Source of the DNA: Bacteroides sp.
GTDB lineage: Bacteria; Bacteroidota; Bacteroidia; Bacteroidales; Muribaculaceae
NCBI GenBank assembly: GCA_014801945.1
Contig: JAAVDF010000016.1
Coordinates: 5,857 to 69,856, forward strand
Direction: 5' to 3'
DNA length: 64,000 nucleotides
Part shown: one piece after another, positions 38,933 to 48,964 of the stretch
Layout of the letters: each line of letters begins with the position of its first letter
Position numbering within the stretch: position 1 is the stretch's first letter
Program-made: the position numbers and the translations under genes
Notes under the pieces: generated by a model
What the model saw: only the letters and a program-made list of their open reading frames with translations
Databases searched by the model: none
Told to the model about the DNA's origin: nothing

Positions 38933-39640
38933 ATGATTCAGCAGGAATTTGTCGATACAGTGGCCACGGCTGCTATGAACTATAATGAAGCCGTTCAGGC
39001 ACAGGCCGAGACCATGGCCCAAGAACTTTCAGTGTGGGATCTAACCATGCGCGGCGGATGGATCATGATACCGCTTGCCATCCTGTCGCTGGTGTGTGTC
39101 TATATATTCGTGGAGCGTTGTCTGGTGATACGCCGCGCTCAGAAGGAGGACAATTCATTCATGGATCGTATCCGCGAATATATCCATGACGGTGAGATCG
39201 AAAGCGCACGCCGTCTGTGCTCCAAGACCGACACTCCCTACGCCCGTCTCATCGGCAAAGGTATCAGCCGTATCGGCCGTCCTATGAACGATGTGCTCGT
39301 CACGATCGAGAATACGGGCAACATCGAGATCGCCAATCTTGAAAAGGGTCTTCCTTGGCTTGCCACCACTGCTGCGGGTGGTCCGATGATCGGCTTCCTC
39401 GGCACGGTGATCGGTATGGTGCAGGCATTTTTCAACCTTGCATCCGCAGGATCGAGCGCGAATATCGCTGTGCTTGCCGACGGTATCTATTCGGCCCTAG
39501 TGACCACCGTGGCCGGTCTGATCGTGGGTATCATCGCAATGTTTGCCTACAATTATCTCGTGGCACGTATAAATAAGGTGATGAATGCCCTTGAGGCAAG
39601 AACCATGGAGTTCATGGATCTTCTCAACGAGCCTGCGTGA
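38933..39640 (+). CDS. exbB: MotA/TolQ/ExbB proton channel
   Basis: PMIGFLGTVIGM and GIYSALVTTVAGL motifs. Confidence 0.9.
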   Translation: MIQQEFVDTVATAAMNYNEAVQAQAETMAQELSVWDLTMRGGWIMIPLAILSLVCVYIFVERCLVIRRAQKEDNSFMDRIREYIHDGEIESARRLCSKTDTPYARLIGKGISRIGRPMNDVLVTIENTGNIEIANLEKGLPWLATTAAGGPMIGFLGTVIGMVQAFFNLASAGSSANIAVLADGIYSALVTTVAGLIVGIIAMFAYNYLVARINKVMNALEARTMEFMDLLNEPA

Positions 39641-39697
39641 TCCGCCGGTTCACCGATTTATCTCTGTCAAACCTGAAACACAGCTCCACCTGTTGCT

Positions 39698-40141
39698 ATG
39701 GCACTGAAACGACAAAACACCATGATGGCGGCTTTCTCGATGGCATCCATGACCGATGTCATCTTCCTGCTGCTCATATTCTTCATGGTCACATCGACCT
39801 TTGTATTTCCGACCGCGCTTGAAGTGAATCTTCCGCAGAGTTCAAAACAGACGGCTCTCAAACCCTCCACACGTGTCTATATTGACAAGGCCGGGATGAT
39901 CTATGCCACGGCTGACGAGAGTGAGCCGGTGGCTATGGATATGGCTGCGCTCCTTGACTTCCTTGGCCGTCAGGCATCGCAGCCAGAAGGTGCGGATGAG
40001 TATATCGCTGTCTATGCCGACGAGGAGGTGACCTACGGTACACTCGTGAAGGTGCTCGACCTCGGTGCGCAGAACAATCTGAAAATGGTCCTTGCTACCA
40101 AGCCTGCGCCTGCATCCGCTCGTCCGGCGGAAGATCGCTGA
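39698..40141 (+). CDS. exbD: ExbD/TolR biopolymer transport protein
   Basis: SMTDVIFLLLIFFMV with the conserved Asp; VNLP; AD..V.YG. Confidence 0.92.
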   Translation: MALKRQNTMMAAFSMASMTDVIFLLLIFFMVTSTFVFPTALEVNLPQSSKQTALKPSTRVYIDKAGMIYATADESEPVAMDMAALLDFLGRQASQPEGADEYIAVYADEEVTYGTLVKVLDLGAQNNLKMVLATKPAPASARPAEDR

Positions 40142-40220
40142 ACGTATTTCTTTCGGATGCGAAACAAACAGTAACCCCTCAATCTCTCCATTCATCTTTT
40201 TCCTTATTCCAAAAATCAAC

Positions 40221-41030
40221 ATGTCTGACTCCAGCAGTGACCGTCGGCGTCACCATTTGATAGCATTATTCGTCACAGTGCTCTTCCACGTCCTGTTGGT
40301 GGTGGCACTGATCACGCTCTGCCTGCGTCCGGTCGCTATTGATACGGAGCGCACATGGCCGCCGGTCGATTCAGCCGAGGTTCTTTTCGGTGGAGAATAT
40401 GTCATGATCGGTGACCGTCCGGAGATAGCCGAAAGCAATTCTGAACCTGCACCCGCTGAAACCGAGGCCGAGGCAGTGCCCGCTCCGGAGGTGGAGGCAC
40501 TTGAAAATTCAGGTGAGGTGGCCAAGCCGTCGCCTGTTGTGAGCAGTGAACAGCCATCACCGGCTAAGGTTGAGAAAAAAGCTGTCCCCGAAAAGACCGG
40601 TCCTACCGCCGCTGAGATTGCCGCCGCTGAAAAAGCCAAGCGCGAGCAGGAGACACGTCAGGCTATAGCCGGAAAGGTGAAGTTCGGACAGACCGGCACT
40701 TCTACCAAAGGGACTGGCAGTGCGGGGAGTCCCGACGGCAATGCCAATGTAGGTGCTGTCAGCGGAAGTCCCGGATTCAATCTTAAAGGCCGAACTCTTG
40801 AGGACTGGCATAGACCGGCTTCTGCCCCGCTCGGCACGATCACCATACGTGTCAGCGTCAACCGTCAGGGTAAGGTGACGGCCGCAAGTTATCAGTCAGG
40901 CACAGGTGCGGCTGCTGCAAGTCAGTCGGCGCGCCAGAGTTGTATCGAAGCTGCAAAGCGTTCGCAGTTTTCTGTCGATGAGGATGCCCCGGCCAGCCAG
41001 ACCGGCACGATCACATATAACTTCAGATAA
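40221..41030 (+). CDS. TonB/TolA-like energy transducer
   Basis: N-terminal TM with His (TVLFH), Pro/Glu/Ala-rich linker and TonB-like C-domain (GTITIRVSVNRQGKV..GTITYNF). Confidence 0.8.
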   Translation: MSDSSSDRRRHHLIALFVTVLFHVLLVVALITLCLRPVAIDTERTWPPVDSAEVLFGGEYVMIGDRPEIAESNSEPAPAETEAEAVPAPEVEALENSGEVAKPSPVVSSEQPSPAKVEKKAVPEKTGPTAAEIAAAEKAKREQETRQAIAGKVKFGQTGTSTKGTGSAGSPDGNANVGAVSGSPGFNLKGRTLEDWHRPASAPLGTITIRVSVNRQGKVTAASYQSGTGAAAASQSARQSCIEAAKRSQFSVDEDAPASQTGTITYNFR

Positions 41031-41033
41031 ATA

Positions 41034-41158
41034 ATCCCACCCCGTATAATTGTGGGATAGATAACCACGATCCCATATAAAACAGTGGGATGAATACTCA
41101 CAATCCCACATACAATATAACTTTGGGGTAAATTAATCCCGTAACTTTGGGATAAATT
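41034..41158. repeat. Cluster of four short ATCCC...GGGRT inverted repeats
   Basis: ATCCC at 41034, 41070, 41103 and 41136; taactttggg[g/a]taaatt direct repeat at 41118 and 41142. Confidence 0.6.
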
Positions 41159-41262
41159 TGTAGGGACGCGGCGTGCCGCGTATGCCAAATGGAATAGTAT
41201 AGCCTAATGGTTCAGGCTGATGTATTTCTTCCGGCATACGCGGCACGCCGCGTCCCTACAAA
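41157..41262. repeat. GTAG-family REP doublet (REPIN-like)
   Basis: Perfect 30-bp inverted repeat (41157-41186 / 41233-41262); each arm is GTAG plus the palindrome acgcggc-gt-gccgcgt. Confidence 0.85.
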
Positions 41263-41276
41263 CAGAATATCAGCGT

Positions 41277-41822
41277 CTATTCCTCCTCCGGGATTTCGAA
41301 TATCGAGAAGTTCACCGAACCGTAAGCGCGGTGATCAATGAAATGCGGCAGGTCGGAAAAGTCATATTTTTTTGAATGCTCTATGATGAATATGCTTCCC
41401 GGATGCAGAAGCTTGGATTCGAGCACCATTTTCGGGATATCGCCAAATCCGTCAAGATCGTAGGGGGGATCAGCGAATACGAAATCAAACTCCGATGATG
41501 AATCGCGTATGTAACGCAAGGCATCAGTCCGCAGCAGGTGCAGATTGCGGTCATTGAGTTCGCCTTTCACTTTTTCAATGAAGCGGGCCTGCGTGGCCGA
41601 CTTTTCCACCGATGTCACCGATGCCGCTCCTCTTGAAAGCAGTTCGAAGCTCACAGCTCCGGTCCCGGCAAAGAGGTCGAGACATTTCAACCCTTCGATA
41701 TCCACCAAGTTTTCGATTACATTAAATATGTTCTCGCGCGCAAAATCGGTGGTGGGGCGTGCGGTTATGTTTGTGGGGACGCTGAAGCGGCGACGTCCGT
41801 ATTTACCTCTGATTATTCGCAT
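41277..41822 (-). CDS. rsmD: 16S rRNA m2G966 methyltransferase
   Basis: MRIIRG..RPTTD, LDLFAGTG and FADPPY motifs. Confidence 0.93.
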   Translation of the reverse strand: MRIIRGKYGRRRFSVPTNITARPTTDFARENIFNVIENLVDIEGLKCLDLFAGTGAVSFELLSRGAASVTSVEKSATQARFIEKVKGELNDRNLHLLRTDALRYIRDSSSEFDFVFADPPYDLDGFGDIPKMVLESKLLHPGSIFIIEHSKKYDFSDLPHFIDHRAYGSVNFSIFEIPEEE

Positions 41823-42637
41823 AGGGGGAGTGTTATCAGTTCAAATGGCGCGAGCATTGCATCCTTCCCGGCCTTGAACATCTGGGGTGGGAAGATAACG
41901 GGCATTACCCGTGCCACAAAGTTTCGTAATGTCTGTGTCAGGGCCTCACGTGAATCATGATCGCCGGCAAGGATGATTTCATCGTTTCGGGGATCAAGAC
42001 CGAGACGCTGACGTGTGGATAATAGATAATAGACTGCATCATCCGGCCGCTCGTAGGTGAAAGTGTTTGCGAGCAGCAGCCGGTGTCCGTCTGTCACGAC
42101 AACGTCAAGTGAATTACGGCGCACATTAGCTATCATCTTTCTTTTGTTGCCGTGGGTAGCATTCATCCCGGCATAGCGACACAGTGCGGCGATATGGCTG
42201 ACCGTACTTACGCGCTGGAAGGTTCTGTTGATGAATCCGCGCAGGTCCGGCTCTATTCCACACAGGACAGTGGCATTGTTCAGTCCTGTCTCATCGGCTG
42301 TCATTTCAAGCCGGTTGCCCGGAAATGCGGCATCGAAAAGCATTTTCTGCTGACCCGGATTTCGGCACAGTACGGGTACGATGGCGTAGTCGCGCGTTTC
42401 AAGGACGCAATACACACGACGGAAATCGCTCAGTATGGCAGGATGGTCATAGATCACGTTCTGAATCGCACTTAGGCGTGAGGATGAGGTCGTGTCGAGT
42501 TCAAGTCGGTGATAAATCAGCGAATTGTCCTCGACAACGGAATAAATAACCACGTCGATTGCATCGTGGCTGATCCGCAAGAGCAGATTGCGGATTTCGG
42601 GTCGGTCTATCTTGTCACTTAGTGCGGTTGTAGTCAT
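41813..42637 (-). CDS. DUF3822 family protein
   Basis: LLLANTF..DAVYYLL; ends LCE and overlaps rsmD as is typical in Bacteroidales. Confidence 0.8.
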   Translation of the reverse strand: MTTTALSDKIDRPEIRNLLLRISHDAIDVVIYSVVEDNSLIYHRLELDTTSSSRLSAIQNVIYDHPAILSDFRRVYCVLETRDYAIVPVLCRNPGQQKMLFDAAFPGNRLEMTADETGLNNATVLCGIEPDLRGFINRTFQRVSTVSHIAALCRYAGMNATHGNKRKMIANVRRNSLDVVVTDGHRLLLANTFTYERPDDAVYYLLSTRQRLGLDPRNDEIILAGDHDSREALTQTLRNFVARVMPVIFPPQMFKAGKDAMLAPFELITLPLCE

Positions 42638-42776
42638 TCAATATGGATTATCCATAGGCAAAATTAGTCAAAAAACTCCTATTCCGCAACCGGCCTGCAG
42701 GTTTTTGTAATCAGTGTCGCTTACACACTGTCGTCGGTAGCTACGGTATGTGTGTGGATATCGGATTCATACGTGA

Positions 42777-42814
42777 ACAATCCCGCGTATGATCATGGTC
42801 ATGCGCGGGATTGT
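42777..42814 (-). terminator. Hairpin after the DUF805 gene
   Basis: acaatcccgcg / cgcgggattgt inverted repeat. Confidence 0.6.
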
Positions 42815-42839
42815 CTTATAAGGTCGGATTGATTGGTTC

Positions 42840-43223
42840 TTATCTTTCCACGAGGTTAGGAACACCGCCCCACTGGTTAGGTACAGGCTGGCTGGGCTGT
42901 ACAGTAAAGTAGAGATAGATCAGTGTGCCGATAACAGGAATAAGGTTTATGAAGATCCACCATCCCGAACGTCCGGTGTCATGGAGTCGGCGTACTGACA
43001 GACCTAAGCTGGGTAAGAGGATGGCCAATGAAAAGAGGCCGGAAACAATGTATTCGGCAGTATCACTCCAGCAGAAGAGTATGGTGAGTACCCAGCTGGC
43101 TACAAATGAGAATAGACAAAACCACCAGTAGTCCGAGCGCGATGCACGACCCTGAAAATTGCAATAGTTGACAGTGAGCGCATTTTTGACAGCCTCACTG
43201 AATGTAACTTGTCTTTGATACAT
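42840..43223 (-). CDS. DUF805 (YhaH-like) inner membrane protein
   Basis: NFQGRASRSDYWW, VRRLHDTGRSGWW and NQWG motifs. Confidence 0.92.
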   Translation of the reverse strand: MYQRQVTFSEAVKNALTVNYCNFQGRASRSDYWWFCLFSFVASWVLTILFCWSDTAEYIVSGLFSLAILLPSLGLSVRRLHDTGRSGWWIFINLIPVIGTLIYLYFTVQPSQPVPNQWGGVPNLVER

Positions 43224-43466
43224 GATTGATATGAATTTGTTGGGTTAGTAAAATCGGTAGTTGAGATAAATGATTTATTGTCAACGGCAAAAATACTATT
43301 ATTCCAGCTGAAATCCAAGCGAATTGCACGATTTCACTCATTGAGGGAACACATTTTTCACTAATTTTCGCTAATTTTGCACTCTTGACGGCGGATAGTC
43401 CGTAAGTCCGGACTCCGCTTTATCAATAAACATCACAATATCCAATAATTACACATAAATACAGCA

Positions 43467-43913
43467 ATGGCAAACTGGTTTGAGACAAAAGTCCGCTACG
43501 ATAAGACGATGGAAAACGGTTCCATCAAGAAAGTAACCGAAGCATATATGGTGGATGCGCTTTCGTTCACCGAGGCCGAGGCCCGCATATCGGAGGAGAT
43601 TTCACATTTCACATCCGAATTTTCTGTTTCGGCAGTCAAGCGTACTAAGATCGCCGAGATTTTCCGTGAGCGCACCGGCGACAAGTGGTATCTTGTCAAG
43701 GTGGCTTTCATCACACTCGATGAAAAGACTGCCGTAGAGAAAAAATCAATTTCTCAGATTCTTGTCGCTGCTGACAGCTTCAAGGAGGCGTTTGACAATT
43801 TCATGGAAGGCATGAAGGGTACGATGGCTGATTTCGAGATCAACACCATTCAGGAAACCCTCATCATGGATGTCTATGACGCCAATCTCGGTGGCGAAAA
43901 CAAGGAAGGCTGA
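43467..43913 (+). CDS. DUF4494 family protein
   Basis: WFETKVRYDK..VDALSFTEAEARI. Confidence 0.85.
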   Translation: MANWFETKVRYDKTMENGSIKKVTEAYMVDALSFTEAEARISEEISHFTSEFSVSAVKRTKIAEIFRERTGDKWYLVKVAFITLDEKTAVEKKSISQILVAADSFKEAFDNFMEGMKGTMADFEINTIQETLIMDVYDANLGGENKEG

Positions 43914-43965
43914 TTGAAGAAATCGGTCATAATCTCACATTCGGAAAAAATAATCTGAAAAAATT

Positions 43966-44640
43966 ATGGCAGGCTCTGTAAGCAAGCGTCTCATCGAACT
44001 CCGCAAGACCGTTCCCGAAGGGGTGGAGCTTGTGGCTGTGTCCAAATTTCATCCTGCATCAGCATTGATGGAAGCTTATTCGGCCGGTCAGCGAGTGTTT
44101 GGCGAGAGCCGTGCGCTTGAACTGGAAGCCAAAGCTGCTGAACTGCCGCCTGATATAGTGTGGCATTTCATCGGCCATCTGCAGACAAACAAGGTGCGCA
44201 AGGTCATCAATCACGCCTCGCTCATCCATAGCATTGATTCCGAACGTCTGCTCCGAGCCGTTGATCAGGAGGCTGAGAAGGCAGGTCGCAGGATCGGAGT
44301 GCTCCTGCAGCTCCACGTTGCAAAAGAGGAAACCAAATTTGGCTTTACTCCTGAGGAACTGTTGGCATTTGTGACTCCCGAACTTCTCTCGTCGCTTAAA
44401 GCAGTCGATATCCGAGGAGTGATGGGTATGGCCTCGAATGTCGATGATGACGCGCGCATCCGCGATGACTTCCGCGAGATCCGTGCGGCCTTTGACAGCT
44501 TGCGTTCAGGCGTGATGGCCGGCACTCCGGACTTTAACGTGGTCAGCATGGGTATGAGTCATGACTGGCCCTTGGCCGTGGAAGAGGGTGCGAACATGAT
44601 CCGTGTCGGAACATCTATTTTCGGCGAGCGCGAATATTGA
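43966..44640 (+). CDS. yggS: PLP homeostasis protein (YggS family)
   Basis: LVAVSK, WHFIGHLQTNK, SMGMS and RVGTSIFG motifs. Confidence 0.95.
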   Translation: MAGSVSKRLIELRKTVPEGVELVAVSKFHPASALMEAYSAGQRVFGESRALELEAKAAELPPDIVWHFIGHLQTNKVRKVINHASLIHSIDSERLLRAVDQEAEKAGRRIGVLLQLHVAKEETKFGFTPEELLAFVTPELLSSLKAVDIRGVMGMASNVDDDARIRDDFREIRAAFDSLRSGVMAGTPDFNVVSMGMSHDWPLAVEEGANMIRVGTSIFGEREY

Positions 44641-44662
44641 TCTTGAATATTGTTTAAAGTGC

Positions 44663-45859
44663 ATGACTGAAAAATCAGCCGATAGCTCAATGACAGAAAC
44701 ACGCCGCATAGCCATAGCCACAGGTACACGTGCCGACTGGGGACTTCTCAGCGGGATTGCGAAGGCTCTTGCCGCCCGCGCGGACTGCCGTGTGGATATC
44801 TTGGCCACGAATATGCACCTCAGCCATAATTATGGCCACACAATTGACGAGATAATTGCCGATGGTTTCACTCATCCGGTGTGCATCCCGATGTCGGAGG
44901 CTACTGATTCGCCTTTGGGGACGGTTCGGGCGATGAGCGAGTGCATGACGGGTATGGCCGAAGCACTGACGACCGTCCAGCCTGATCTGATAGTGATACT
45001 CGGTGACCGTTTTGAAATGCTTGCCACTGCCACAGCCGCGCTGATGCTTCGCGTGCCTATAGTGCATATAGCCGGTGGCGAGATTTCCGAGGGGGCTGTC
45101 GATGACAGCATCCGTCATGCCATAACAAAGATGTCGTCATTGCATCTGACAGCCACCGAACCTTATCGCCAAAGGGTGATAGCGATGGGCGAAGAACCAT
45201 CACGCGTCATAAATACCGGAGCGATAGGGGTCTATAATATCATGCACGAAACCTTGATGTCGCGCGACGAGCTTGAGAAGTCCGTGGAAATAAAACTTCC
45301 GGCAGGCTCGATGCTCGTCACCTACCATCCCGCTACGCTTGACGATTCTGATCCGGGCGAGTTGTGCGACAATCTTCTTGCCGCGCTTGACCGCTTCCCC
45401 TCGTCCAACGTCATCATCACTTATCCTAATAATGATTCGCGCGGACGCGTGATCATTGACCGTATCGAGGCTTACGGCAGGCGTAATCCGGAGCGTGTGC
45501 GTGTCATTCCCTCGCTCGGTAAGCTCCGTTACCTCTCGGCTCTCCGCTGTGTCAGTGCCGTGGTCGGAAATTCATCGAGCGGTATTGTGGAAGTCCCGTC
45601 GATGCATATCCCTACCGTTGATATAGGCATCCGTCAGCGCGGACGTCTCAGCGGGCCGAGCGTGATCCATTGCGGTGATTCGACTGATGAGATAGCTGAT
45701 GCCATAGCCTATGCCCTTTCTCCGGAAGGTCAGTGCATGGCACGTGAGGCCGGAAATCCCTATTTCCAGCCATCAACTCTTTCAATAATGGTCACGGCAA
45801 TAGCCGAGACTCCTCTCGAAACCCTCAGAACCAAGAAATTCCATGACATCACCGACTGA
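44663..45859 (+). CDS. neuC: Hydrolysing NDP-GlcNAc 2-epimerase (NeuC/LegG)
   Basis: TGTRADWG, LGDRFE, DDSIRHAITKMS, GNSSSGIVE and RQRGR motifs. Confidence 0.9.
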   Translation: MTEKSADSSMTETRRIAIATGTRADWGLLSGIAKALAARADCRVDILATNMHLSHNYGHTIDEIIADGFTHPVCIPMSEATDSPLGTVRAMSECMTGMAEALTTVQPDLIVILGDRFEMLATATAALMLRVPIVHIAGGEISEGAVDDSIRHAITKMSSLHLTATEPYRQRVIAMGEEPSRVINTGAIGVYNIMHETLMSRDELEKSVEIKLPAGSMLVTYHPATLDDSDPGELCDNLLAALDRFPSSNVIITYPNNDSRGRVIIDRIEAYGRRNPERVRVIPSLGKLRYLSALRCVSAVVGNSSSGIVEVPSMHIPTVDIGIRQRGRLSGPSVIHCGDSTDEIADAIAYALSPEGQCMAREAGNPYFQPSTLSIMVTAIAETPLETLRTKKFHDITD

Positions 45860-46562
45860 CGACCGCACCGCATCGCTCCGCCCGCTGTTCATCATACCGG
45901 CGCGTGGCGGAAGCAAGGGTATCCCGCGTAAGAACATCAGAGCTTTGTGCGGACGTCCGCTCATACACTATTCAATCGACGTGGCCCGTGCTCTTGCCCC
46001 GGACAGCCATGTCATTGTCTCCACTGACGATGAAGAGATCCGTAATGTAGCCGAAGCAACCGGTCTCCCTGTCAACTACATGCGTCCTGCCGAATTGGGT
46101 GGAGACAAGATCGGTTCGCGCGAAGTGATCCTCGATGCTATGGACTGGGCCTCGCGGTCGGGGATCGAATATGACTGCGTGGTTCTTCTGCAGCCCACCT
46201 CTCCATTGCGTACGGTCGGTGACGTAAAGTCGGCACTCGATCTCTACACCCCGCGGGCAGACATGGTCGTGACTGTGACCGAGGCATCATGTAATCCCTA
46301 TTATGACTGCTTCGAGACAGCGGCCGACGGTACACTCCACGTATCGAAAGGCGACGGAAAGCTGACGCGCCGGCAGGATGCCCCTCCCGCTTGGCAGTAC
46401 AATGGTGCGGTCTATGTGATCAATCCTGATTCCATCCGCTCCATGACGCTCGGTGAGTTTCCCCGTCGCATCCCATCCGTGATGCCACGGTCACGTTCCG
46501 TGGATCTCGACACCCCTCTTGACTGGATTATAACCGAACACCTTATGTCACATGAAAATTGA
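45843..46562 (+). CDS. neuA: CMP-nonulosonate synthetase (NeuA/LegF family)
   Basis: IPARGGSKGIPRKN, VSTD, LQPTSPLR, NGAVY and SVDLD motifs. Confidence 0.9.
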   Translation: MTSPTDDRTASLRPLFIIPARGGSKGIPRKNIRALCGRPLIHYSIDVARALAPDSHVIVSTDDEEIRNVAEATGLPVNYMRPAELGGDKIGSREVILDAMDWASRSGIEYDCVVLLQPTSPLRTVGDVKSALDLYTPRADMVVTVTEASCNPYYDCFETAADGTLHVSKGDGKLTRRQDAPPAWQYNGAVYVINPDSIRSMTLGEFPRRIPSVMPRSRSVDLDTPLDWIITEHLMSHEN

Positions 46563-47607
46563 CCGTCACCGGATTGCCGACAATGCGAGGCTCATCGACG
46601 CACTCGGCCGACTTAATGAACTTTCGGGGGGAGTGATGACTCTCCTTGTCACGGATGAAACGGGCCGTATGGTCGGAACACTCACTGATGGAGATGTCCG
46701 CCGTGCGCTTCTGCGTGGCGTAGGGCTTGACGCTCCGGTCTCGGATGCCATGTTCCGTAAGTTCCGTTACCTTTTGGAAAACGAGGTTGATCCGGCAGCC
46801 CTGCGCCGTCTGCGCAGCCATAGCTTCGCCCTCATTCCGGTGCTCGATAGGGACGGACATATAAGCCGGATAATCGACACCCGCGTGACCAAGACCATAC
46901 TTCCGGTGAGTGCCATACTCATGGCCGGCGGTAAGGGCGAACGGTTAAGACCTATGACGCTCTCAACTCCCAAGCCACTGCTGAAAATAGCCGAAAAAGC
47001 CATAATCGACTATAATATAGAGGCACTTGCGGCTGTGGGCGTGACGGACATAACCGTGACTGTCAATTATCTGGCCGAGCAGCTTGAAGAGCATTTCTCA
47101 AAACCCGTGGCTGATGTCAGCGTAAAGTGTGTGCGTGAGGATCGTCCGCTCGGCACCATAGGGTCTGTGGCTCTCGTGGATATTCCTGAGACGGGTGATA
47201 CCATAGTGATGAATTCCGACCTGCTCACGACCATCTCATTCGAGGATCTCTATCTCCATCACCGTGCGCAGAAAGCCGACATCACTATTGCTGCCGTGCC
47301 TTACAATGTCTCCGTTCCTTACGCTATACTCGACACCGATGGCGAATGTGTGACGGCTCTTGAGGAGAAACCGTCATATTCCTATTATGCCAATGCGGGG
47401 ATATACATTTTCTCAAACGAACTTTTGCATACTCTTAGCGCGGATGAACGCACGGATGCGACCGACCTGATCGAAAGAGCCATTGCAAGGAAGAAACGAG
47501 TGTGTTACTTCCCGATCAACGGTACGTGGATCGACATAGGTTCGCCCGCCGACTTCGCCCATGCGCGTGAGCTGATGTGCCATCTGCGTCAGACTCTTGA
47601 TTCATGA
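46552..47607 (+). CDS. CBS-domain nucleotidyltransferase (PtmE-like)
   Basis: N-terminal CBS pair (GTLTDGDVRR); MAGGKGERLRPMT..PKPL, EEKP and WIDIG motifs. Confidence 0.85.
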   Translation: MKIDRHRIADNARLIDALGRLNELSGGVMTLLVTDETGRMVGTLTDGDVRRALLRGVGLDAPVSDAMFRKFRYLLENEVDPAALRRLRSHSFALIPVLDRDGHISRIIDTRVTKTILPVSAILMAGGKGERLRPMTLSTPKPLLKIAEKAIIDYNIEALAAVGVTDITVTVNYLAEQLEEHFSKPVADVSVKCVREDRPLGTIGSVALVDIPETGDTIVMNSDLLTTISFEDLYLHHRAQKADITIAAVPYNVSVPYAILDTDGECVTALEEKPSYSYYANAGIYIFSNELLHTLSADERTDATDLIERAIARKKRVCYFPINGTWIDIGSPADFAHARELMCHLRQTLDS

Positions 47608-47752
47608 TGCTGCGCCTCTCTCAGCCGGCTGCCGACGCTGTCGAAATCAGGCCTGTATAAATCCATTCGGCCTAAAGCATTGTTATATTAATGTGGATCT
47701 CACGTTCCGCAATTATAATCATCAATTCTAACACTATAATCATCCCTGTTGT

Positions 47753-48958
47753 ATGGCTGATTCCAACTTCATAGATTACGTCAAAGTCCTCTGCCGTTCG
47801 GGTAAAGGCGGTGCTGGTTCGCGGCATTTCTATCGTGCTAAATATATTCCGAAAGGAGGTCCTGACGGTGGTGACGGAGGCCGTGGAGGTCATATAATCC
47901 TCCGTGGCAACTCCCACATGTGGACACTCCTCCCGCTGCGCTATCGCCGCCACATATTTGCCGGTAACGGCCAGAGCGGATCGGGTGGACGTTCGTTCGG
48001 TAAGGACGGAGAGGATGTTATCGTTGACGTTCCGTGCGGAACAGTAGTCTTCGATGCGGAGACAGGCGAGTATCTGTGTGAGGTGACATCCGACGGCGAG
48101 GAAGTAAAGCTTCTTCGCGGCGGACGCGGCGGCCTCGGCAACTGGCACTTCAAGAGTGCCACCAACCGCACTCCGCGCTATGCCCAACCGGGTGAACCCG
48201 CCATAGAGAAATCCATCATTCTTGAGCTGAAGCTTCTTGCCGACGTGGGTCTCGTAGGTTTCCCGAATGCCGGTAAATCCACCCTTCTGTCATCAATCTC
48301 CGCAGCCCGTCCGAAGATTGCCGACTATCCGTTCACGACGATGGAACCTCAGCTCGGCATCGTTTCCTACCGTGGAAACCAATCTTTCGTGATGGCCGAC
48401 ATTCCCGGTATCATCGAGGGTGCGAGCGAGGGTAAGGGCCTCGGCCTGCGTTTCCTCCGCCACATCGAGCGCAATGCCGTCCTGCTGTTCATGGTTCCCG
48501 CTGATGCCGATGACATCAAGGCGCAGTATGACATTCTTGTCGGTGAGCTTGAACGTTTCAACCCGCAGCTGTCCGACAAACCTCGTGTGCTCGCCATCTC
48601 AAAGAGCGATATGCTTGACGAGGAGCTGATGAAGGAGATCGAATCGACTTTGCCTGAGGGTGTACCCCACATTTTCATCTCGGCGGTTACCGGTATGGGC
48701 CTTACGGAACTGAAGGATATGCTGTGGCGTGAGATCACCGATGAGCGTAACCGTATCGAGGATAACCCCATCACCCACCGTCCGCTTGACGGTCATCACC
48801 GTGTGCGCGAGGAGGATGAGTTTATCTTCGAGAATGCTCCCGACGCACCTGACGATGAGGTCGAGGAGGAAGAGTATTTTGACGATGAGGATTTCGAGGG
48901 CGAAGATTTCGACTACGGAATGCTCGATGAGGACGGTTACGTCGAAGACGAAAAGTGA
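47753..48958 (+). CDS. obgE: GTPase ObgE/CgtA
   Basis: Gly-rich [12 protein letters not shown]; [13 protein letters not shown] and DIPG motifs; acidic tail. Confidence 0.97.
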   Translation: MADSNFIDYVKVLCRSGKGGAGSRHFYRAKYIPKGGPDGGDGGRGGHIILRGNSHMWTLLPLRYRRHIFAGNGQSGSGGRSFGKDGEDVIVDVPCGTVVFDAETGEYLCEVTSDGEEVKLLRGGRGGLGNWHFKSATNRTPRYAQPGEPAIEKSIILELKLLADVGLVGFPNAGKSTLLSSISAARPKIADYPFTTMEPQLGIVSYRGNQSFVMADIPGIIEGASEGKGLGLRFLRHIERNAVLLFMVPADADDIKAQYDILVGELERFNPQLSDKPRVLAISKSDMLDEELMKEIESTLPEGVPHIFISAVTGMGLTELKDMLWREITDERNRIEDNPITHRPLDGHHRVREEDEFIFENAPDAPDDEVEEEEYFDDEDFEGEDFDYGMLDEDGYVEDEK

Positions 48959-48964
48959 TCCGTT

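Noticed and set aside
38141-41030. pdxJ-exbB-exbD-tonB linkage as a novel system
   Set aside because: To my knowledge this is a common conserved Bacteroidales gene order.
48800-48958. Low-complexity acidic tail of ObgE
   Set aside because: Disordered acidic C-termini are normal for Obg proteins.
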